Assembly (NCBI GenBank): GCA_965644265.1
Contig: OZ286464.1
Coordinates: 30,070,001-30,134,000 of the forward strand
Direction of reading: 5' to 3'
Origin: Glycera tridactyla
Taxonomy: Eukaryota
DNA length: 64,000 nucleotides
In this document: positions 38,453 to 52,082 of the stretch, in pieces
How positions within the stretch are numbered: the first letter of the stretch is position 1
Layout of the letters: the number at the start of each line of letters is the position of its first letter
Position numbers and translations under genes: made by a program
Notes under the pieces: generated by a model
Database searches by the model: none
What the model was told of the DNA's origin: nothing
What the model saw: only the letters and a program-made list of their open reading frames with translations

Positions 38453-41011
38453 CTGTGAAGATATAGAAAAAAAAACAGGCAAATGTCAGGACCTACTGTC
38501 AACGGCTGTAAGTGATATTTTATATGGGAACTAGGTACTGTGGGTGCAAATGGTGCTTAATAGATGACCAGTGTGTCTGGGGGTGCGGGCGTGTGTTTCA
38601 CCCCCCCCCCTCCCCACACGCACACATATGCGTGCACACTCATACAGACATACAAACACATACAAACATACAAACTGCACACAGCATTTTCATATCAAAT
38701 ATGATCTGGAATCTGGAAGAATGTTCATGCTCGTATTCGACCTAGATATCCTTTTGGTAATCGACTGATCTGAATGATTTATCTGTCGATGGCATGCGTT
38801 CATTGATGACCATTGGGCGTCCGTATTGTTGCAGGTCTTGTATATAATGTTGAACCTCGCCTGACCTCTTCTCCCATTTGAGCAGGAACCCAGACCAACC
38901 TCAATGTATATCTGTATATCATCTACTGCCAATTACATATTGCACAAATGTCCTGATCTACAGCATATATGAAGAAACTGTTTGATAAGATCGAGACCAG
39001 AAATATCACCGGATATTTGAAAGATAATGAGATTTAGATGTTTCGAAGCGGTCCTATTATTGTTAAAATGTTTGAGAAGCGACCCATTACTACAGATATG
39101 AGTTCACGTAATTGAAGAGACATTGAGCATCACTCAATCAATCGGCTCCTCGCTCAGATTGTAGATGCATCAGATAGACGGAGATATTGACCTCTATATG
39201 AGCCTGCCTGCATCACCCGACAGTCTGCCACCAGCGTCTAATCATTTCGTATTCCACGTGGTCACCTCGGTCGAATTGTTTTTCAAATGAATTCAGTCCG
39301 CACGATGCATGTGTGGAATAAGTGGAGAGTTCCACTGACAGGCCGGTGAGCTCTTTTATCCAGTTATGACGTGGACTTCACACTTCGAGTTCTCAGGTGA
39401 TGGACGTGAGCAAGGGGTCGATGTCTTCGACTTGATGCTAACTTTCCAGCAGAGATGCTTCAAGATGAAGACATTTAAGAGTGAGTATATAACTCTGTAA
39501 CGACCTACTGCGTCTTAAGGGATTTATTTGGATCAAGAAGTCGAACAATTCCCAGCGGACCGAGATAATGCACTCCCCAGACACCGAATAGATTCACCCC
39601 GAACTTTTGAACAGCTGTATACAGGGATATGCCTCTCTCAACGCACACAACAGATGCCCGCCAGACTCGATGCACCAGATTCTGTCCAGCACGAAAGTAT
39701 CACCAGTACCATGCTCTATTCAGATAAGTACGAAATATATCCTCATCAATATCCTTCTTTAGGTTCCCATATGGCACGCCGGAGTCCCTTCCACGTCGAG
39801 GGACGTCCATGCGCCATCTGGGATACGTGGTACGATTTCTTTATTTTTCGAGTCAGTACGAAACAAGTTTCAAACTTTATATGCCCTGATTAGTCATGCT
39901 TTGAATGGTACTTTGGAGGCACAGGCGAACGAACAAATTGAGTCAGGTTCTAACCTTCATCCAATACATGATACAGCTGTGATTCGATTAGAAATTTAAT
40001 CTGCTCACGAATGTAGGCCTGAATATGATACGCTCTTATCAGCCCTGTGGAGAAGGTCAAATGGCTAATCGAATATGAACGCCGAACTCACACACGTGTC
40101 AGTCACACTCGGTGGAGTGCGAAATAGTTTCATCGTTGAGCACGAAACGTTTGAAGAATATTTCGAAGTGATTACATGATTGACATGCAGGGTTATGCCA
40201 CATATCCCGCCCTGATCGTATCCGAGACGGGTGGAATCTTGGCAATTGGCCAGAGCTTGGCTATGCGATAATCCAACACAGACACAGACACAGACACAGA
40301 CACACGCACACACGAATGCCCCAACTAGATAATGCATGAATGTCTTCCGCGTGTATTTACTCCGCACATTCCCTGTGCATGTGTACACACTCAATCGCGC
40401 ACGTTCTTTCAGAAGATTCAACTTGGACATACTGAAGCAAAACAAATGAAAGTGGTGGCTGTTACTTAATCATAGCTTTTTGGAGGTTTTCAAAATCACT
40501 GTATAAGCATGGCAAAAGTATTTCTAGAGCAGTGAGGTTTCAATGCAGACTATTCAGCGATGCTGGAGAACGTTGTGAAATCAATCCATGCCAGACTCAG
40601 TCCTGTCTCTTTGTCTTCCTGTCTCTTCACCTCCATTCCTGTCTCTCTCCACCTCCCTCTCTCCATACATCTCTTCATCTATAGCTCTTCCTATCTCTCT
40701 CCACGTCTCTGTACGAATGTCCGTATGTCTGTCTATCTGCCTGCCTGTCGGCCAATCTGTTTGTCTGTCTGTGTGTCTATATCTGTGTATGTACGTGTGT
40801 GAGTCTATGTGTCTGTCTGTGTGTTTATGTGTCTGTCTGTGTCTGTCTGTGTGTGCGTTTTGTGTGTGTGGGTGTGTGTCTGCCTGTCCCTCTCTCTCTA
40901 AAAACTAATGAATAAAAGGATAAATAAATGAATAAAAAATGATGATAGATTATGATACGTTACACAGTGGAGTGTAGCAATATTAATCATTTTGAGGAGG
41001 TGAGAACTGAC

Positions 41012-41203
41012 CTGTATATCTTTTTCTAGGGAGCTGCTGTAGTCGCCTTCGTCGCTGACCTTCTCGGCGACGCTGTTCGAGTTGTTGGAGACGACCGTAC
41101 TCATGACGGTGTTGGCCGACTTCGGTGCCGCTACGTATTTGGAGCCTCGGCTCATCGTCGTTTGAGGCTGCTCTTTACCACTATATTTGTATACCAGATA
41201 GGC
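41012..41203 (-). CDS. GPR158-like (CG31760): GPCR exon (proximal C-tail): AYLVYKYSGKEQPQTTMSRG...SSSLEKDIQ
   Basis: Acceptor tgtgtttcag, donor CAG|gtcagt; 192 nt, phase 0 to 0; open frame joins both neighbours. Confidence 0.88.
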
Positions 41204-41575
41204 CTGAAACACACACAGACAATAGGCAAACGTGAAGCAAAGAGAATCTCAAACGCTCTTTATCATTGTATTTGTACATAAAATAGGCCTCGGAGCATAT
41301 GCAGACAGCAGGCAGATGTAAAGCAATGTGATATCAATTGCTCTTTAACAAAGTATTGTGTATCAGATAGGCCGGGAGCACACACAGACAACAGACAGAC
41401 GAGAAGCAATGATGATCTCAAACGCTCCCTATCAATCTATTTCTATACCAGATAGGCCAGAAACACAATCAGACAACATGCAAACATGGAGCAATAAGGA
41501 TCTCAAAAGCTCTTCATACATTCATCTGTATACCAGATAGGCCTGCAACACGCACAGACAATAGGCAAACGTGCG
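41170..41575 (-). repeat. Five-copy 84-85-bp tandem repeat made of the GPCR splice acceptor plus the first ~11 codons of the exon
   Basis: GCCTAT exon-start equivalents at 41203, 41288, 41372, 41457 and 41542 (spacing 85, 84, 85, 85). Confidence 0.9.
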
Positions 41576-42899
41576 GCAGAGGTGGTGAAGTCGTGGTTGT
41601 GCTCGATTGATAGTTGTAGTAATTTCTGCTGTTGTTGACGAACTGCTCTGAATGAAATTGCAAACGACGATTTGTCTAGTATCCGAGGTCGTTTGGTGCA
41701 AATGTAGATGATGGTTCTATTGTCAGCCTATGTAATTGTTGCATTGTGATTGCACTTGTTGGCATTCTCGTCTTTACTGCTGCTGTTACTGTGTTGAGCG
41801 TTGTTGAGGATGGCAGTGGTGCTCGTATTGGTGATCGTAATGAAGTTCACGTAGGTGAGCGCAACACTGTCAAGATGGTTGAGTGATTGTGGTTGTGATG
41901 CTGGTGGTATTGGTGGTAGGGGTGAGGAGGATGATAAGTGATTTTATCTTTGTGCTCGACAATTGCTGTTCCTGCAGATCAAGTATAGTGTCGATGATTG
42001 TGGTGATGATGGTGATGGTGATGTTGCTGGTGGTCATAATGAAGTGTGTGGTGCGGATGGTTGTGGTCTTATCTTTTTCTGTGGTGGTGGTTGGGTGATA
42101 ATAGGGGGGGGGGGGTCATAGTTGCATGTGACTAGATGTGCTGTAGGTACCAGATTCCGGAGTTGTAATAGAGCGGCGGACCGTTGCGTATTGCTAATAA
42201 GTTGGCACTGACATATGGTGCATATACAGCGGTGCATATCTTCGTGATTCGGCCATTTCAGTTTGCTTCAAGCTGGTTTGACTTCAACAGCATCTAGTCA
42301 TCCAAAGGATTATGACATCATCCTATGATGATCACATGAATCTGAATGAACGTATCGATGACATATTTGAATGCGTAACTACATGCATGCATACACTCAG
42401 GTCAGATAGCAATTGGCTGGTAGTGAGTATACAACATACTGGCGATGGTACCGGTGATCCTCATACATTATATCAGTACCCATATTGGCAGATAGTTGTT
42501 TTTCGCCCCATCAGTATCATCCGGGCTATATTGGGACGCACTGACAAAGGGCATAGATCACTCAATATGTCTGACGTGATTCATATTGGTGACGATGGTT
42601 GAGGTGGCAGAATGGTGCTGGTCATGTTGGTGATGTCTCTGATGATGGTGGTCGGTGGAGGAGACAACTTATGCTCAATAACAGCCATCAATCACATAGC
42701 GATATCATATAATCAGTCACTGTCACATGGCAGCATAGACAAAAATCTCTCATTCTGGGAAGCTGTGAAACAAGAGGGGCGGTGAATGGCCACTGCGAAT
42801 CAATGGTTAAGTATAGGACTTCCCGCCTTCCCGTTCGCCTAGCATCATCCATCAACCGCATCCAAGAGGATGCTGGGCTCATCCGGCCTTAGTTACCAT

Positions 42900-43250
42900 G
42901 GTACACGCGTGGAGATAGCGGGGCCTGCTTCACCAAACCCCTTCTCCCATGATTTGGAACTACCTGTCCTACTTCACTATATCATTCCCAGTTGTAAATC
43001 CTCATCAACCCGAAACATATCAGCCAGGCAGCATAGGATTTCAATGCATGATATGTGGGAACTTGAGAAACTATGACTCTCACTCAGTGAAACCTAGTGA
43101 AAGCGAAAAACTCTGTAGAGTAGCGATCTCAGGGATTACTGGATAGTGAAGTAGTCTTCCGTCACTGAGCTGCAGATAGGCTGCAAAATTTTCTCAAAAC
43201 CACCCATCTTCACTTCAGGATTGGGTCGCTAGTTGGTTTTTCACATCTTG
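42900..43250 (+). mobile_element. Possible decayed non-LTR ORF2 C-terminus (CCHC-type, RTE-X/L1-like)
   Basis: KL*LS.SE..K then LCRVAISGITG**...SC resembles KLRLS.H.L..E.GR / C..C...IEDE.H..L.C. Confidence 0.3.
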
Positions 43251-44829
43251 AGAAGACAATCTATATTGAGAGGCCTATGCGATATACATGGGTGGATTCT
43301 TCAGTACATGGGTGGATTTTATATGGAAAGAAAAAATGTATGAAATTACTTGTGTCATTTTTAAGATCGGCATGTGGCACAAATACCTTGGGAACATGGA
43401 ATTGATCAACAAACTATCAATCAACATAATCGATAGCAGTTGACTTCAAGCAGAGAGACAATCATTCGAGTGGTCGGTAGGGACGGAGTTGAGAGAGTCC
43501 ATGAACCCCTCACAATTATTACTGCGGCCGAACTCTCAAGGTGCTGTGTGTGTATGTGTTGGTGTGTTTAGTGAGCGGAATTGGAGTGTGTACATGAGTT
43601 CATGTGATTTTGAAGTCCTGACGAAGACAATGAATCAGTCATGAATTACCGTGCTGATCATACTCGTACGAAAGTTTTCAAGAATATTAATGATGGCAGC
43701 GTGTCACTGATAGTGAATGACTCACCCACTCAGAGAACATGGGTCCGTGAAATTGTGCTTGGGTAAATAACACATTCTATCGACCTGTTGCCTGTGTACT
43801 ATCTCACTAGCATAGATTCAACGAGACATGAGTGTGTCTGTGTTTGTATGTGCATGCATGCGTGTGTGCATACATAAATGTTCCATAGAGTAGCTTGCAA
43901 GGTGACTTCGAACTTACAACAGTTGATGAAGTGCAGAACTAATCTGATCGTGACAACAATGAGATGAGGCGTGGCTGAGGTCTGAAGCAAGCTGAATGTA
44001 ACTGCCATCAGAAGGGATTTGAAAGTCAATGGCGGCTGGAACACGAAAGACATTGTGTAGCACAGACAGGATAACATGATCCTGTTGCTGTCCGCAGGTC
44101 AGATTCAGGAATACAGAATCCAGCTGCGTCATGGGGCCAATTTCACTGGAAGTAGAATTCAACAAACCTAACGAAGGTGTTGTTCTGAGATGTTCTTTAG
44201 CATAATTTGAATTCCTTTCGTGACTTGATATTTAAGAACTTATGACTATCCGCCCTTACTGCCAGGTGTTCACGTTATTCTATCTTACCGACCAACTTCC
44301 ATCGAATGTATTGAGTTATTGATGTAGTACGCCGCAAATCACGAGGATGAAAAGACTTCGAGAGATATTCAGGATAAACGCAAAGGAACAAAGAATACAA
44401 AGGGGAAATATGGAAGGTGTATATAGAAGGACTCGTCAGAAATAGGAGAAGACGTTGCGGATGACTGGGAGCTGATTGCATGTCCGAGCCGGATAACTCA
44501 GCCAGCCTCTGGCATTAATGGCACGTATTTTGTGCCGCCCAACAAGATAAGACATGGCACAATACTACTTCCAACTTTGATGCTCTCTATGGCATTCTCA
44601 CATCACGACCACAACGTGACGTCAATCTGGCGTCGCTTCCGGGCTTTCTTGATGCTTTGGTGTCATCATTTACTTATTTTTTTCTTTATACCGACAAAAA
44701 TATGACTATGTATTTGTTGATTCTTGGAGAGCATCTCTCCCAAACCATTCCGAGGTGGCAGCGAGAATTCACCCTGATGCATCACATCTACATGAATTGA
44801 TGATGTGGAAAGAGGCCTGCGTTAGAAGA

Positions 44830-46310
44830 TTATCAATAGGGTCAGCTCTCTTCTTCACTTGATTGACGATAGGAAAAGCTCTCACTGCTTTATGATGATG
44901 ATAGGACTGCTTTTTTTCTGAATGATTTCCGTAAGAATGGCTCATTTGGCTTTCTGATGGACGAGAGGAATGACTGTCTTTGCTGTATTATCGATGATAG
45001 GAAGAGTTCTCTCTGTTTATTCACCGACGATAGGACTGGTTCGCTTAACTGTCAGATCAACTCTAGAGATAGCTCATCTTGTTGCATGTTCGATTATGAG
45101 ATCATCTACTTTTGCTGTATGATCAAAAATAGGATAAGCTCTCTCTGGTTCATGGTCAGTGATAGGATGATCAATGGTATGATCTCCGATAGAACCAGCT
45201 CTCTTTTTCTAATGTCGATTATAAGACTAGCTCTCGTCACAATATGATCGATTATAGGACCAGCTCTCTTAGTTGTATGAACTATGATAGGTCCAGCTCT
45301 CTTTGTTGTATGATCTATGATAGGACCAGCTCTCTTTGTTGTATGATCTATGATAGGACCAGCTCTCTTTGTTGTATGATCGAACATAGGACCAGCTCTC
45401 TTTGTTGTATGATCTATGATAGGACCAGCTCTCTTTGTTGTATGATCTATGATAGGACCAGCTCTCTTTGTTGTATGGTCGATCATAGGACCTGCTCTCT
45501 TTGTTGTATGGTCGATCATAGGACCAGCTCTCTTTGTTGTATGATCTATGATAGGACCTGCTCTCTTTGTTGTATGTCGATCATAGGACCTGCTCTCTTT
45601 GTTGTATGGTCGATCATAGGACCAGCTCTCTTTGTTGTATGATCTATGATAGGACCTGCTCTCTTTGTTGTATGTCGATCATAGGACCAGCTCTCTTTGT
45701 TGTATGATCTATGATAGGACCAGCTCTCTTTGTTGTATGGTCGATCATAGGACCAGCTCTCTTTGTTGTATGATCTATGATAGGACCAGCTCTCTTTGTT
45801 GTATGGGCGATCATAGGACTAGCTCTCTTTGTTGTTTCATTGATTATAGGACTAGGTCTCTTTGCTGTATGATTGATGATGGAACTCACTCTCTCTGCTG
45901 TATGAACTAATGATTATAGGACTAGGTCTCTTTGCTGTATGATCAATGATAGGACTAGACCTCTTGTGACTAGCTCTATTTGTTGTTTGATGGATGATAG
46001 GACTAGCTTTCCCTGTTTCTATGATCGACGAAATCACTAGTTCTCTTTGTTGTATGACCGATGAAAGGACTAGATCTCTTTGTTGTATGGTCGATGATAG
46101 GACTAGATCTCTTGGTTATTTGGCCGATGATAAAACTAGATCTTATTGTTGTTTGATCGATGAAATGACTAGATTTTTCTGTTGTATGATCAATGATAGC
46201 ACTAGGTCTTCATCTTATCATTGATGGTATGACTAGCTCTCTTTGTTACATGACCGACGATTGGAATAACCGTCATTGTTTTATGATCTATGATGGGACT
46301 GATTTTTTTT
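44830..46310. repeat. 33-bp minisatellite with homogeneous core (about 45270-45820) and degenerate flanks
   Basis: Unit gataggaccagctctctttgttgtatgatctat with variant gtcgatcataggacctg; produces the DRTSSLCCMIY and HTTKRAGPIID ORF repeats. Confidence 0.95.
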
Positions 46311-47529
46311 ATCAATGACAGACTAACAGTCATTAGTTTATTTTGGTTTATTTATGTTCATTCATGTACCCGAGAGCAAGACTGATCTTACACAAGCACA
46401 TCCGACAAGTTACTTCACGAGACTCTCTCTTCATATACAGACAGTCCTCAGTGAATGTCCAATGCGATGTACTCTGGATGACTGTGCATGCCTTTTCGTG
46501 AATGACTTAAGCGTAAGCAGTTGAAGTGCAGTCACAAAGATGGATGTAGGTTGAGCATTCCCGGTGGAGGGTGATTCTATTTAATCCACAATTGACTGCC
46601 CAGTAGTGACCCCTTTGAATGCAATTAGGATGCACTCCTACTTGTAATTTGAACCATCAATCAAGTGACCTCCACACTTTCTTTACAACACGTTGACCAT
46701 TTCACGTGCATTGTACGATAGTACTCACAAACTGAATGTTATCACCAACACAATGACAATTGGATATGTTCATGTCCGTCAAACCGAAAGACTGAACTTG
46801 TTTAATTTCTAATGCATTGTATAGTATATGAAGATACACATAATACAACATGGATCCCTTGCATGGATCGAACATGCCTTCTTTTGCATTGTATTATCAT
46901 CATTACTACATGTGATCGTGAATGCACCTGAATAAGAAACCTTACATTCTATCGGATTATACGTCTATAAATAGACTAATTGTGAACTAAACAGATGAAG
47001 CGATGCAGACTGCTGACTGAATGATGATAGCTACTCAATTAAGGGAAACCAGGGCAAGCTGTCTCTTGTATCCAGCTTCAAACTTTTAAAGGTCTGAATA
47101 AGGTATTACCTGGGTCACAATGCGAAGTGCTTTGGTCTGAACGTCAGATGAAGTCAGAGCTGTAATACAATTACATTCACATCTCAGTGGAGCAGCGGGA
47201 AGGAGATTGATGAAGATGGATGGTCAGTTTGAGATCGGGGGAAGAACGACTGCTAACTGGCAGTTTTGTCATATTTGTTTGTCAGTATGTGTGTGCTGCG
47301 CGAGGCTGGCTGGCATGTGATGCGCTGGGAAGCTCGCATGAGATATTGGCATCTGTGTTTCTATGCCTTATCACCAACAACGCATCATCGGGTAGACGTC
47401 ATTGCCATAGCCACATATATATCCAGCCAGACATCTGTCTCCAGTCACGCAATATAACCATCCATAAATAGCATTCCATTGTTTTCACCCAGCGTACATT
47501 GACAGAACGCTCGATTCCATCATATCGAA

Positions 47530-48586
47530 TGCCGTGAGGAAATCTCAGGAAGTGGAAAGGAAAGAATTTACCTTGAATAGAAACAAATCGAAAGAAATGC
47601 TATTCGGCACGCCAAAGAAAATACAATCAATCTCTGCCTAAACCTCTATTGCGGGATTCGAACTTGTCGACGATTTCTGTTATCTGGAATGCACGTTGAC
47701 CCATGCTTAACCTTTCGTAATCATGTAAGATATGTCTGTGGCAAGACACGCTCTCGCTTAGCTCTTTTACGAAGAACACATCTCCTGATCAATCGAAAGA
47801 CTGCCATCTATCTCCTCAAAAACGTTGATCCTACCCATTTTCAACTATGGCAACTCATTGCTCCTGGGTTTAAATCGAGGACTTTCTAACGACTTAGAGG
47901 TTCTCTTTCGTTCCGGATTAAGAACATGTTTGTTTAAACCCCCTAGAATACCAACTATAGAATTAGAGAGACAGTCAGACTTGTTCTCTATCGTCACAGC
48001 CAGGAAGTTCCACGCATTATGTGGTCTCTTTAAGATAAAGGTCGGCGAGTGCCCTTCCAGACTTTATCGAAAATATGTCAAACTATTCAGCAGGGAATGA
48101 ATATACTATACACGAAACGTTACAGAAGGAATTCTCCCTATCCCACCATCTAGATTGAAAACAAGCGATAATAATTTCTTCACTGCTAGTGCAAAGTTGA
48201 GGAACCAACTTCCTCCATCTCTCCGCAACATAGACACCCTTGGGAGTTTCGAGAAGAATCTGTACAAGCATCTCATCTCAGCATATGAATGATATTTTAT
48301 GTAACGTTTCTAACGCTACTCACTTATTGACCAACAGCATCGATAGGTGCCCTACTATGTGCAAAAGTCCCATTCCCTAATCCTTTTACATAAAATCATA
48401 CATGTTGCCTTCATCTGTACAGTGCTACCTGTGTATTACCGCCCACCCTTCATTTTCTCGTTATATTGCTTGTGCTTGACATGTGCACTTGATTATCATA
48501 CTCTTGGGCTCTCCTGGGGACGATATGGTCATGTACCTACCCAGGTAGAGCATAATAAAAGTGCAATTCAATTCAATTCAATTCAA
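47530..48586 (+). mobile_element. 5'-truncated CR1/L2-type LINE (RT C-terminus, 3' UTR and tail)
   Basis: LNRNKSKEMLFG, FRNHVRYVC.K..RLALLRR, ILPIFNYG, NQLPPSLRNI..L.SF.K.L; AATAAA at 48554 followed by (ATTCA)n. Confidence 0.85.
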
Positions 48587-50279
48587 GAATTGAGAATGGG
48601 CGGGCACTTCAATCTAACAAATCTAATGTGATCATGAACGTTGTGTAAGCTAATTTGTCTGAGAAAATGATGCATCGACCTCCCCAAGCATCAATTTCAA
48701 ACGCAAATTATGGGCAGTTAGAAAGGATGCTCATTGAAACTTCGGGATGAAAATAACCTTGGTCTCAATTGCACTTCAGCGGCCAGGGGTTGTGGTGATG
48801 CTGATGTCTTGTTTTACTGTGTGCATAAGTAGTGCTGGTGGTGCTGTTGCTGGTGTTTGTGCTGGTGCTGGTGCTCGGGCCACTATCTTTGCTGGTGTTG
48901 GTGTTGGTCATGGTAACAAAGCGAGCGGATGCTGGTACTAGTGTTGGATTAGTGAGGGTGCTGATAATGGTGCAGGTGCAGGTGCAGTCGTAGGGGTTGG
49001 TGTTTGCACTGATACTGGTGATGCTACTGGTGTTGAAGTCGGTGTGTACCAATTTACCCAATCTCGCGCCTCACAATTGATGTGACCAGACCTTCTGGTT
49101 GAGATTCTTTTCCAGAGTGATTTTACACAAAACAAAAGAAAAGCACTTGAGGTCACCCGCAGGGGAAATCTTCTCCATGCTTCTAGAAATGACAAGTCTT
49201 CTCCCGACACCGGAGTCAGCGTGAAGTCGCCCTCTCTGGGAAATGTGCCTCTCTGATTGCTTGTAGGCTAACTCTATATGAACTCTCAAACGAGAAGTGA
49301 TCTTCATTACATTTCACCTAGTTTGCTCGTGCAAACTGCACCTAGCAGGCTGATCGCTGGAATCAGAACGCTAGGTGCACTCCAGGAAATGTCACATAGA
49401 CATATTCTATTCATTCATGAAATGTCTGTAGGCATTAGATGCATTTGATCGAGTAATGTTCCCCTCAATTCTGTTCAAAATGAGACTGGACTGGTATAGT
49501 ATTCAGATATCATTTTACTTGTTAAGACAATAATTGAATTGTAAGAATATATCATGCAATATATAGCATAGCTACCGATTTTTCTTCTCTCCTTTCGTAC
49601 AATTATGTGGATGGATTCTGTTTTGCTGGAGAAATGGGTATCCCCGCCCCCTATGTGTGATTACTTTGTGATCCATTGATGTGAAGACGGCATAGACGAT
49701 ATCACACACGACCGGTCTCTGATCAACAGTCATAGTATTGGATGATCCACACATTTTGAAGCAGTCTGATCTTTTTCAACTATACAGATACAGATTTTCT
49801 TGTGAAAATCAGCCTGTGTCACCGAAGAGTCACGCGGAAATAGGATGTATATATGAGATAACTCGTTTGGCATGATGTTGATAGGTCCACTGGATCAGAC
49901 CAGATAGCCACAGTAAGTAGAATGTTCTATAAAAAAACGGATGTACAATAGATAATAGCATAATTTCATATGTCTAAATAGTCTCTCATCGGACATGATG
50001 GTAGTAGCTATGATTTCTCTTTGATTTGTATCCATTTCTCCAATCAGTATCATGAAGAAAATACATTCAATGAGTATTAATTTTTTGCAATAAGACATGT
50101 GATTCGACGTATGTCCCATCCGAATAAGTTCGACTTTGATCCAGAAAACACGTAGAATTTCATATCAGCGTAATGGCAGCATGCAAGACATCACATTCAC
50201 AGGATGAGGTGGAAGATGGGTAGTGATCTAATTAGAAATGGGTTCAAAACTCGTTGCGCAGTGTAATTAAACTTGATTG

Positions 50280-50388
50280 TCTGATTAACCGATTGCTTGG
50301 TACAGTTTGTGGTTCCAGAAACAATCTAACATGTCTGTCTAATTAACTGATTGCTTGGTAAAGTTTGTTGTTCCAGAAACAATCTATT
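50280..50388. repeat. Tandem duplication of about 59 bp
   Basis: gattgcttggtac/aagtttgt(g/t)gttccagaaacaatcta occurs twice. Confidence 0.8.
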
Positions 50389-50505
50389 CTAGACATGTGA
50401 GTAGCATTTCCATCATACATATCACCAGTCAAACTAACACCAAAACGTACGGATCAACTCACGAACAGTGACCTATATGACAAAAAAATCAAAGGCTGTA
50501 CTCAC

Positions 50506-50611
50506 CTTACTGCCGAATAAAAATGCTAGTGTTACAGTTGTAGTAAGTTGTGTGTGGATGAATAATACTAGATATAATAAATCCGGGTTGGCCGGAGATT
50601 GTAAGAAAAAC
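50506..50611 (-). CDS. GPR158-like (CG31760): GPCR exon (ECL3 and TM7): FFLQSPANPDLLYLVLFIHTQLTTTVTLAFLFGSK
   Basis: Acceptor ctgtttcag, donor AAG|gtgagt; 106 nt, phase 2 to 0. Confidence 0.95.
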
Positions 50612-50879
50612 CTGAAACAGACAAAAAATAAACGACGTGTCAGCACTCAGGAAAAATAAGGTCATCGTGTATTGTGATTTTTCTGATTTATCGGACCCTA
50701 GAACGGGAGGATCGGGTTTCATGATCAGTTTCTTGTGCTTCCCGTCGACACACCTCTTCGAGATAAAAAGATAATTGTTTTTATTCCAGGTGTGACATGT
50801 CTTGCTATATGAGAAGGATTCGGTTCACTAATTGCCCTTTTCCACGAATTGAAATTTGACAACCTCCTGCTTAGAGCAC

Positions 50880-51125
50880 GCAGTCCTCAGAGTTGACATT
50901 CTGACCATTATGAACTACTCTCATATATATTGATAGATCATACATGTATGAATAAATTGTTCTCAATTGAATAGCGGAGTCCCTCTTTTGTGGGCAGACA
51001 AAAGGTTGACCATTCCATACCATTCCACAAATATATATGATTCCCGCCTCCAACAGGGATGCGACCTCTGTGTGGAGGTACCCGTGTAGAAATTGTGCAC
51101 GCAACCACTCCACTCGACCGTGGCG
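50880..51125 (-). mobile_element. Possible degraded tRNA-derived SINE
   Basis: Head ggtcgagtggagtggttgcgtg...gaggtcgcatccctgttggagg resembles an A-box and a deleted B-box. Confidence 0.3.
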
Positions 51126-51329
51126 ATAAAAGAGGTCTTTTCAGATATGTATATCGAGGATGTATGCAACCACACTAGAATGGTCGACCGCAATGAGGTG
51201 TCATTGGCGTATGATTGCTGCCTCTAAGCCTTCGAAAAATACCTGATGGTGAACTTTCACATTTACATTTACATTTATACACGAGGGGTGAAGGGATACA
51301 GGGAAGGGGATGAAATAGGTGGTACTTAC

Positions 51330-51468
51330 ATGGTAATGTTGAGAAATAAAGAGAGTAAAGTTTCATTATATATTGCCCAACTAATGAAGCGGCTTTCGTT
51401 AAACTCGGAGGGGGCCTTCCGCACGACTATACACAGACGAATACCCCAGAGTAGAAGGCACAGCTCGG
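51330..51468 (-). CDS. GPR158-like (CG31760): GPCR exon (TM5-TM6): (A)ELCLLLWGIRLCIVVRKAPSEFNESRFISWAIYNETLLSLFLNIT(M)
   Basis: Acceptor tttattttcag, donor AT|gtaagt; 139 nt, phase 1 to 2; class C P-x-x-FNE motif. Confidence 0.96.
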
Positions 51469-52082
51469 CTGAAAATAAACCAACATTAGCTCAGTATCAC
51501 ATATTCTTGTTCATCTGATCACAGAGGCACGCACGCACGTACGTACGCACACACGCTCACATCAGCAAACATACTTCAAAAGATGATCTCAACATCGATA
51601 TTCCTCCCTCACGCGCTCACACACGTTCCTCCCTCTTTCTCTCCCCCCCCCCCTCTCTTCATCTTTCTCTCTCCCTCTCTCTCTCCATATATATATATAC
51701 ACTGATAATTTGAAACATTTGTTCCAGCTAACCCTGATCAGAATTAATCATATACAGTATGATTGATACTCTCCAGCGGACGTCGTCATTGGACAGATGT
51801 GAATTGTGTCATCACAGTTCAACTCTGCCCAAACAATGGGAACCAGACACCATAGACATATGCCGTGGTGTCCCCATTTAGACCCAGGAGTTGAACATTT
51901 ACAGAATGATCAACCCATAGATCCATAATTCAATTTGAAATGACAACCTAGTTGTCTGTGATTTTCATATCCTTTCAGTGACATGAGATGGGAGAAATTG
52001 TCCAATTTCCCCTTCCTCTGGAGCTATGTGTCAAGCACCCACATTGAATTTTGGAATTTTGGATCAGCCCCATTCCTTCTGT

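Noticed and set aside
43914-44165. Possible extra minus-strand exon with a gtaagt donor
   Set aside because: The GPCR frame is complete without it (FGSK-AYLV) and there is no recognisable family motif; it may be a TE remnant
45106-46224. Cys-rich repeat ORFs (DRTSSLCCMIY)n and (HTTKRAGPIID)n
   Set aside because: By-product of a 33-bp (multiple of 3) minisatellite open on both strands; no splice or phase link to the gene
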